DNA of 64,000 nucleotides from Ruminococcus sp. (GTDB lineage Bacteria; Bacillota; Clostridia; Oscillospirales; Acutalibacteraceae): NCBI GenBank assembly GCA_045603105.1, contig JAZULM010000020.1, positions 1,284 to 65,283 of the forward strand, read 5' to 3'. Shown piece by piece: positions 57,855 to 64,000 of this stretch (position 1 is its first letter; each line of letters starts with the position of its first letter). The notes under the pieces were generated by a model. It saw only the letters and a program-made list of their open reading frames with translations, ran no database searches and was not told where the DNA came from. The position numbers and the translations under genes were made by a program.

Positions 57855-58524
57855 AACCCATCAACTCCAATGCAGCGCGTGCAGCCTGTTGCTCGGCTTC
57901 TTTCTTACTTCTTCCTCCACCTTTTCCGATGGAGTTGGAATTAAGCAAAACCTCAGCAACAAAATGTTTGTTATGGTCAGGACCGCTTTCGCTTACCATT
58001 CTGTATTCAAGTCGTTCTCCCGGGTTTTTCTGAACAATCTCCTGAAGTGTTGTTTTATAGTCCTTGACGGGCTTACGACGAATATTTTTAACCTCAGGTT
58101 CAATAAAGCCCATAACAAACTCGGATGCTTTATCGTATCCGCCGTCAAGATATATAGCGGCAATCAAAGCCTCGAATGCGTCAGAAAGAATAGATGGTCT
58201 GTCTGCTCCGCCTCCGTGTTTTTCACCACGACTGAGTTTGATGAATTTTCCGAGATCAATTTGCTTTGCAAATTTATAGAGAGCCTTTTCACAAACAAGC
58301 GACGCTCTGAGCTGAGTGAGATCTCCCTCGGGAAATTGTGTAAAATTTCGGAATATATAATTTGTTACAACAAGAGACAAAACAGAATCACCTAAAAATT
58401 CAAGTCTCTCGTTACACTCTGTATTCTTTCCTGCTTCGTTAGAAAAAGAGGAATGAGTCAGAGCAACAGAAAGGAGTCCTTTGTCCTTGAACTCATATCC
58501 AATTTTCTGTTGTATCTCGGTCAT
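57850..58524 (-). CDS. rnc: Ribonuclease III
   Basis: ALTHSS, NERLEFLGDSVL, SDAFEALIAAIYLD, C-terminal dsRBD. Confidence 0.97.
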   Translation of the reverse strand: MTEIQQKIGYEFKDKGLLSVALTHSSFSNEAGKNTECNERLEFLGDSVLSLVVTNYIFRNFTQFPEGDLTQLRASLVCEKALYKFAKQIDLGKFIKLSRGEKHGGGADRPSILSDAFEALIAAIYLDGGYDKASEFVMGFIEPEVKNIRRKPVKDYKTTLQEIVQKNPGERLEYRMVSESGPDHNKHFVAEVLLNSNSIGKGGGRSKKEAEQQAARAALELMGY

Positions 58525-58528
58525 AATT

Positions 58529-59530
58529 TTAGTCCTCTGTCTTAATATCTTTTAATGCGCTGCTTATCTCACCGATAACGTCACGCTCTGTATACTGAAT
58601 TAAAAGTCTGATTGCACTCTTGAATGTCTGAGCATCAGCGTTACCGTGTGCCTTAAACACAGGTTTACGAGCGCCGAGAATAGGTGCTCCACCATGTTCG
58701 CTGTAGTCAAACTGCTTTTTGAGTTCATTCATATCTTTAAGTATCATAGCAGCTGCAAGTTTATTCTTGAGATTCTTGGTAAGAACGCCCTTGATTTTCT
58801 TCATAAGAGCAATTGCAACACCCTCGTAAGTCTTAAGAATAAGGTTACCGGTAAAGCCGTCACATACTAAAACGTCACAACCGTTTATGGGAATATCTCT
58901 ACCCTCTACGTTACCGATAAAGTTTATAGGTGCTTCAGACAAAAGTTTATAAGCATCATGCTGAAGCTCTGTACCCTTATGTTCTTCGGTACCTACATTG
59001 GCAAGTCCTACGCGAGGACTGTCCACACCCATAACCTTGTTCATATAAATTGAACCCATTATACCGAACTGACGGAGCATTTCGGGACGACACTGAAGAT
59101 TAGCACCGCTGTCCATAAGCATAAAATGACCGTCAACACCGGGAATAATAGGAGAAAATCCGGGACGTTTAATACCCTTGATTCGTTTAACGATAAGTGT
59201 TGCACCAACACAAACAGCACCGCTGTTACCTGCAGAGATAAAAGCGTCACCTTTTTCTTCAGTTAAAAGTCGCATACCAACAGCGATTGAACTGTCAGAC
59301 TGAGATTTAACAACCTCGGAGCCTGATTCATTCTGACTGATAACAGAGTCAGCGTGAACAATCTCAAACATATTGGCATCGATTTCGTTATCTGCACAAA
59401 CCTGTCTGATAACATCCTCCATACCAACAAGTGTAATATCAACACCATATTCTTTCACAGCGGCAGCACTACCCTTGATAATTTCAAGAGGAGCGTTATC
59501 GCCGCCAAAAGCATCAACTATAATTCTCAT
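58529..59530 (-). CDS. plsX: Phosphate acyltransferase PlsX
   Basis: VDAFGGDNAP, SAGNSGA, DSGAN, NVEGRD, VCDGFTGNL.LK..EG, KAHG. Confidence 0.96.
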   Translation of the reverse strand: MRIIVDAFGGDNAPLEIIKGSAAAVKEYGVDITLVGMEDVIRQVCADNEIDANMFEIVHADSVISQNESGSEVVKSQSDSSIAVGMRLLTEEKGDAFISAGNSGAVCVGATLIVKRIKGIKRPGFSPIIPGVDGHFMLMDSGANLQCRPEMLRQFGIMGSIYMNKVMGVDSPRVGLANVGTEEHKGTELQHDAYKLLSEAPINFIGNVEGRDIPINGCDVLVCDGFTGNLILKTYEGVAIALMKKIKGVLTKNLKNKLAAAMILKDMNELKKQFDYSEHGGAPILGARKPVFKAHGNADAQTFKSAIRLLIQYTERDVIGEISSALKDIKTED

Positions 59531-60852
59531 TGCTCATTCATCCTTTCTGTTATAAATTGAGATAAGGAACTTAAGGATCTGTCAGCATACTGCTGACCAC
59601 GTATTTTTTTATCTCTTGATCTGTTTTCAAGTTCAGGCAAAAGGCCAAAACTTGCTCCCATAGGTTGGAATTTGACTACAGTCGGATCAGATATATATCT
59701 TGCTAAAGCGCCTATCATTGTGTCCTCGGGCAAGGCGAATGTATCTTTTCCAAAATAGCGATTAACTGCGTTAATACCTGCCATAATACCAGATGAGGCA
59801 GATTCCATATATCCCTCGACACCCGTTAATTGTCCTGCAAAAAACAATGTGCTTCTTTGCTTTGAACTAAAGTCACTATTTAATACTCTGGGGCTGTCAA
59901 TAAAGGTATTACGATGCATTACTCCGTAACGAACAAACTCTGCATTTTTAAGTGCAGGAATAAGTCCGAACACACGCTTTTGTTCGGGAAACTTCAGATT
60001 GGTCTGAAATCCTACAAGATTATACATTGTGCCATCGGCGTTCTCCTTACGAAGCTGAAGCGCCGCCCAAGGTCTGTGTCCTGTTCTCGGATCACGAAGT
60101 CCTACGGGCTTCATAGGACCGAATCTGATTGTATCCTCTCCCCTTTGAGCCATAATCTCAATAGGCATACAACCTTCGTATACCTTGGGATCTGATACGT
60201 CAAAATCGTGTAAAGGTGCTCTCTCGGCAGAAATCAATGCCTTATAAAAAACCTCATACTCCTCTTTATTAAGAGGACAATTTATATAGTCGCTGCCGTC
60301 ACCTTTGTCGTATCTTGACTGTTCAAACGAGGTTTCAGTGTCAATACTCTCAGCAGTTACAATAGGAGCCGCCGCATCAAAGAAGGACAGTGATCCCCCA
60401 AACATTGAAATAATATCTTCGCACAGAGCATCGGATGTAAGAGGTCCTGTGGCTATAACAGTTATTGCATCATCGGGCACAGATGTAATCTCTTCGCTTA
60501 TTATCTCTATATTATCCATAGAGCGTATGGCGTTTGTGACCGATTGAGAGAACAAAGTTCTGTCAACTGCCAATGCACCGCCTGCAGGAACAAGGCATAA
60601 GTCAGCACATCTGAGAAGTATCGAGTCAAGTTGTCTCATTTCTTCTTTGAGAAGTCCTGCAGCAGACGAAACACGTTGTGCTTTGAATGAATTTGAGCAA
60701 ACAAGCTCAGCAAAATCATCTGTCTGATGAGCAGGCGACTTTTTTTGAGGTTTCATCTCGTACAGATGAACTTTTATACCTCTTTTTGCGATTTGATATG
60801 CAGCCTCACATCCAGCAAGGCCTGCACCGACTACATTAATATAATCTGTCAT
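59527..60852 (-). CDS. trmFO: tRNA (m5U54) methyltransferase TrmFO/Gid
   Basis: VGAGLAGCEAA, AELVCSNS, EGCMPIE, YGVMHRNT, AGQLTGVEGY; ATG at 60852 overlaps the topA stop. Confidence 0.96.
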   Translation of the reverse strand: MTDYINVVGAGLAGCEAAYQIAKRGIKVHLYEMKPQKKSPAHQTDDFAELVCSNSFKAQRVSSAAGLLKEEMRQLDSILLRCADLCLVPAGGALAVDRTLFSQSVTNAIRSMDNIEIISEEITSVPDDAITVIATGPLTSDALCEDIISMFGGSLSFFDAAAPIVTAESIDTETSFEQSRYDKGDGSDYINCPLNKEEYEVFYKALISAERAPLHDFDVSDPKVYEGCMPIEIMAQRGEDTIRFGPMKPVGLRDPRTGHRPWAALQLRKENADGTMYNLVGFQTNLKFPEQKRVFGLIPALKNAEFVRYGVMHRNTFIDSPRVLNSDFSSKQRSTLFFAGQLTGVEGYMESASSGIMAGINAVNRYFGKDTFALPEDTMIGALARYISDPTVVKFQPMGASFGLLPELENRSRDKKIRGQQYADRSLSSLSQFITERMNEQ

Positions 60853-62921
60853 TTCTTTTCGTATCCGCAACCCTCTTTTGCACAGTAGAGGGAGGGCTTT
60901 TTACCTTTTTTCTTATACAGAGGTTCACCACAGTTGGGACACTTCTCAGCGGTAGGCTCATTCCAGGACATATAATTACATTTAGGATATGATGCACATC
61001 CGTAGAAGGTTTTACCTGTTTTTGTATGACGTACAATAACATCACTTCCGCAAACAGGACAACTTACACCAATATTTTCTACATATTTCTTAACGTTCTT
61101 ACAGTCAGGATATCCGGGACAAGCGATAAACTTGCCGTATCTTCCGACCTTGATTACCATTTTACGTCCGCACTTTTCACAGACAATATCGGTTTCATCC
61201 TCTTTAAGCTGAATCTTAACACCGTCCATATCAGATTTTGCTTTTTTAAGAGTCTTTTCAAAATCAGTATAGAACTGTGAAAGCAGTTCTCTCCACTCAA
61301 CGTTGCCGTTTTCGACTGTGTCAAGATCCTGTTCCATCTGTGCAGTGAATTTTACGTTAACAATCTTGGGGAAACGCTCCTTCATCAGTTGAGCCATAGC
61401 CTCACCAAGTTCTGTGGGATGTAAATTCTTTGCTACACGCTTAACATATTCACGACCGACAATTGTCGAAATTGTAGCTGCGTAAGTAGAAGGTCTGCCG
61501 ATACCGAACTCTTCAAGAGCCTTAATAAGAGATGCTTCGGTAAATCTTGAGGGAGGTTGTGTGAAATGCTGATTACCAAGGATTTCCTTTAACTTAAGAG
61601 GCATATCCTTTTCAAGTGAAGGAAGTGCGCTTTCCTTTGCTTCTTCCTCATCCTTTGACTCGACGTAAAGTTTTGTAAAGCCGTCGAAGTCAACCTTATA
61701 ACCATTGGCTTTGAATAAATATCCGTTTGCCTCAATATCAGCCTGAGTTGTCTTTTGAACGCAGTCGGCCATCTGAGATGCTGTAAAGCGTTCCCAGATA
61801 AGTTTATATAACTTATATTGATCAGAAGTCAGGTTAGCCTTCACCCTATCAGGTGTCAGATTAATGGAGGTAGGTCTGATAGCTTCGTGGCCATCCTGTG
61901 CATTTGAACGGGACTTGAAATACCTGGGTTTTGAGGGAAGATATTCTTGACCGAAGAAACCTTTGATATATGATGCGGCCTCATTCATAGCATCAGCAGA
62001 AACACGAAGTGAGTCTGTTCTCATATATGTTATAAGACCGGTAGGACCAATGCCCTCAATGTCAATACCTTCGTAAAGTTCCTGTGCAACACGCATAGTG
62101 CGTCTTGACTGGAATCCGAGTTTACGCGATGCCTCCTGCTGAAGTGTTGATGTAATAAAAGGAGGTGCTGGTGATTTCTTGCGAGTTCCGGACTTTACCT
62201 TAGTTACAATATATTCTGCACCATCAAGGTCAGCAAGAATTTTATCTGCTTGCTCTTTAGTGTGAATATCAATTTTACCCTGAGCATTACCGTAAAGTGA
62301 TGCAGAGAATACTTTTCTACTACCCTTGGGAGTAAATTTAGCATCAATGCTCCAATACTCAACGGGAACAAAATTTCTGATTTCGTTTTCTCTGTCTACA
62401 ATAATACGTACAGCAACAGACTGAACTCTTCCTGCAGAGAGTCCGCGACGGATCTTCTGAGATACAAAGGGACTCAACTTATATCCAACAAGTCTGTCGA
62501 GAATACGTCTTGCCTGTTGAGCGTCAACAAGGTCAAGATTTATGGCTCTTGGAGCACTCATTCCGTTTTCAACGCCGTACTTAGTAATCTCGTTGAATTC
62601 AACTCTATTCTTAGAACTCAGATCAAGTCCTAATATATATGCAAGATGCCACGAAATAGCCTCTCCCTCACGGTCAGGGTCAGTTGCAAGGAATACTTCG
62701 TCAGACTTTTTTGATAAAGCGATAAGATCTTCTACAAGTTTTTCTTTGCCTTTTATAATCTCGTATCTTGGGTTGAAGTTATTATTAATATCAACGCTGA
62801 GTCGTGCCTGAGGCAAATCACGAACATGACCCATAGATGCAACAACTTCATAATCTTTGCCAAGATACTTTTTGATTGTTTTTGCCTTTGCAGGAGACTC
62901 AACAATTACAAGTTTAGACAT
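60849..62921 (-). CDS. topA: DNA topoisomerase I
   Basis: LVIVESPAKAK, ATDPDREGE, SAGRVQS, ITYMRTDS, C-terminal zinc ribbons. Confidence 0.97.
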   Translation of the reverse strand: MSKLVIVESPAKAKTIKKYLGKDYEVVASMGHVRDLPQARLSVDINNNFNPRYEIIKGKEKLVEDLIALSKKSDEVFLATDPDREGEAISWHLAYILGLDLSSKNRVEFNEITKYGVENGMSAPRAINLDLVDAQQARRILDRLVGYKLSPFVSQKIRRGLSAGRVQSVAVRIIVDRENEIRNFVPVEYWSIDAKFTPKGSRKVFSASLYGNAQGKIDIHTKEQADKILADLDGAEYIVTKVKSGTRKKSPAPPFITSTLQQEASRKLGFQSRRTMRVAQELYEGIDIEGIGPTGLITYMRTDSLRVSADAMNEAASYIKGFFGQEYLPSKPRYFKSRSNAQDGHEAIRPTSINLTPDRVKANLTSDQYKLYKLIWERFTASQMADCVQKTTQADIEANGYLFKANGYKVDFDGFTKLYVESKDEEEAKESALPSLEKDMPLKLKEILGNQHFTQPPSRFTEASLIKALEEFGIGRPSTYAATISTIVGREYVKRVAKNLHPTELGEAMAQLMKERFPKIVNVKFTAQMEQDLDTVENGNVEWRELLSQFYTDFEKTLKKAKSDMDGVKIQLKEDETDIVCEKCGRKMVIKVGRYGKFIACPGYPDCKNVKKYVENIGVSCPVCGSDVIVRHTKTGKTFYGCASYPKCNYMSWNEPTAEKCPNCGEPLYKKKGKKPSLYCAKEGCGYEKK

Positions 62922-62938
62922 ATTGAATGTACCTCCGT

Positions 62939-64000
62939 TTATTTTATCGTATAAGTTCTCCCCTCTGTGTTAAGCACATAATCGCTCACTTCGAGGAATG
63001 ATAATATTCTTGTTACTTTATATACAGGAAGTCCTGTTTTAATTACTATTTCATCAACGTGCATCGGAATTGTTGACAATGTATAGTAAACCATCTTTTC
63101 TTCTTCACTCAGAGAAGCTGATGATTTATGCATCGGGATAGGTAAATTGTCAGCTGAATCATTATAATTCTTAAGTTTTGTCGGAACCGATGCAATTATC
63201 TCGTCAGAATAATGTTCAGCCTTAGGTTTGTCATCTGTAACACCAAGATAATATTCACATATATCTCGATATGATGTCAGCGGAATTGCTCCGTCTTTGA
63301 TCAGAGCGTTTGTACCCTCTGAGTAAGGTGAATCTATATTACCCATAACGGCGAAAACATCTCTGCTCTGTGACAAAGCAAGTCCGACAGTTATCATTGA
63401 TCCGCTGTCTTTTGGAGCTTCAACAACAATAAGTCCTTTGCTAAGTCCAGAGATTATGCGGTTACGTTCAGGAAAATGTCTTGGTGTAGAAGAAGTCCCC
63501 GGAGGATACTCGGATATTACAGCGCCGTTTATAGCTATCTGATTTCGCATAGATTTGTTTTCTCTCAGATAATCATAATCTATACCGCAACCAAGAACAC
63601 AAACTGTAACACCTTGTTCCTGAAGTACGCCTCTATGTGCTGCACAATCTATTCCGAGAGCGCCACCGCTTACTATAACAAAGCCTTCACGCGAAAGGTT
63701 AGCACCTAACTCAAAGGCTGTTCTGACACCGTAGGTTGTTGCTTTTCTGGTACCGATTATAGAAACTGTCGGTGAAAAATCCATATCAGGCAGATTACCC
63801 TGCACATAAAGTAATGCAGGCGGGTTGTCTATTGTATAGAGCGCCTGAGGATATTCTTCATCGGATAAATCGATAATATTATAATTAAGCTCTCTGCATC
63901 GGGAAATTATATTATCAGCAACAGAAATGTCAGTACTGAGAAGACGATTTATCTCACCCTCGGTAAATATACCGCAAAGTCTGAGTTCTTGCTCACCGCC
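62939..64000 (-). CDS. dprA: DNA-processing protein DprA (5' end beyond the window)
   Basis: IIGTRKAT, VSGGALGID, FPERNRIISGLS, VEAP..SGS. The frame stays open to nt 64000 (…EEYPQALYTIDNPPALLYVQG). Confidence 0.95.
   Translation of the reverse strand, partial: GGEQELRLCGIFTEGEINRLLSTDISVADNIISRCRELNYNIIDLSDEEYPQALYTIDNPPALLYVQGNLPDMDFSPTVSIIGTRKATTYGVRTAFELGANLSREGFVIVSGGALGIDCAAHRGVLQEQGVTVCVLGCGIDYDYLRENKSMRNQIAINGAVISEYPPGTSSTPRHFPERNRIISGLSKGLIVVEAPKDSGSMITVGLALSQSRDVFAVMGNIDSPYSEGTNALIKDGAIPLTSYRDICEYYLGVTDDKPKAEHYSDEIIASVPTKLKNYNDSADNLPIPMHKSSASLSEEEKMVYYTLSTIPMHVDEIVIKTGLPVYKVTRILSFLEVSDYVLNTEGRTYTIK

Noticed and set aside
57805-58395. 196-aa plus-strand ORF
   Set aside because: Antisense shadow of rnc.
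1-64000. CRISPR arrays, rRNA, IS transposases, toxin-antitoxin, restriction or other defence genes
   Set aside because: None recognised in the ORF track or in the intergenic gaps, all of which I read.

Overview
Core chromosomal segment of a low-GC, spore-forming Clostridia-type bacterium; gene content and order suggest Oscillospiraceae/Ruminococcaceae (inference). The left 15 kb has mixed orientation. It holds pflBA under a ZMP/ZTP riboswitch, tRNA-Ser(CGA), a CwlJ/SleB-type hydrolase with a possible GerQ-like partner, hemW, prfC, an uninterrupted pro-sigK, feoAB, a CwlD-like amidase, radA, an unknown gene, an XRE regulator and a Xer-type tyrosine recombinase. From 15227 to 64000 every credible gene is on the minus strand and is housekeeping: dprA-topA-trmFO-plsX-rnc-radical SAM-smc-ftsY-rdgB-yhbY-nadD-yqeK-rsfS-leuS, rpsU, a peptidase, efp, yunB, miaB-ylbF-mutS-mutL-miaA, the ylm/sepF/divIVA cluster, ileS-lspA-rluD, rplS-lepB-ylqF-rnhB-yraN, thrC and tig-clpP-clpX-lon-yihA-lysA. 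I found no CRISPR array, prophage, IS or defence island. The most unusual signals are small. (1) A second, partial copy of tRNA-Ser carries a 114-bp highly structured insert in its D-loop and has its own promoter. (2) A perfect 14-bp inverted repeat lies just upstream of the recombinase and looks like a XerS-type dif site at the gene-orientation switch. (3) A radical SAM gene can apparently only start at ATT. (4) Two sporulation genes (sigK, yunB) have their SD buried in the hairpin of the upstream terminator, with the TTG start in its U-tract. All calls were made by eye; no searches were run.
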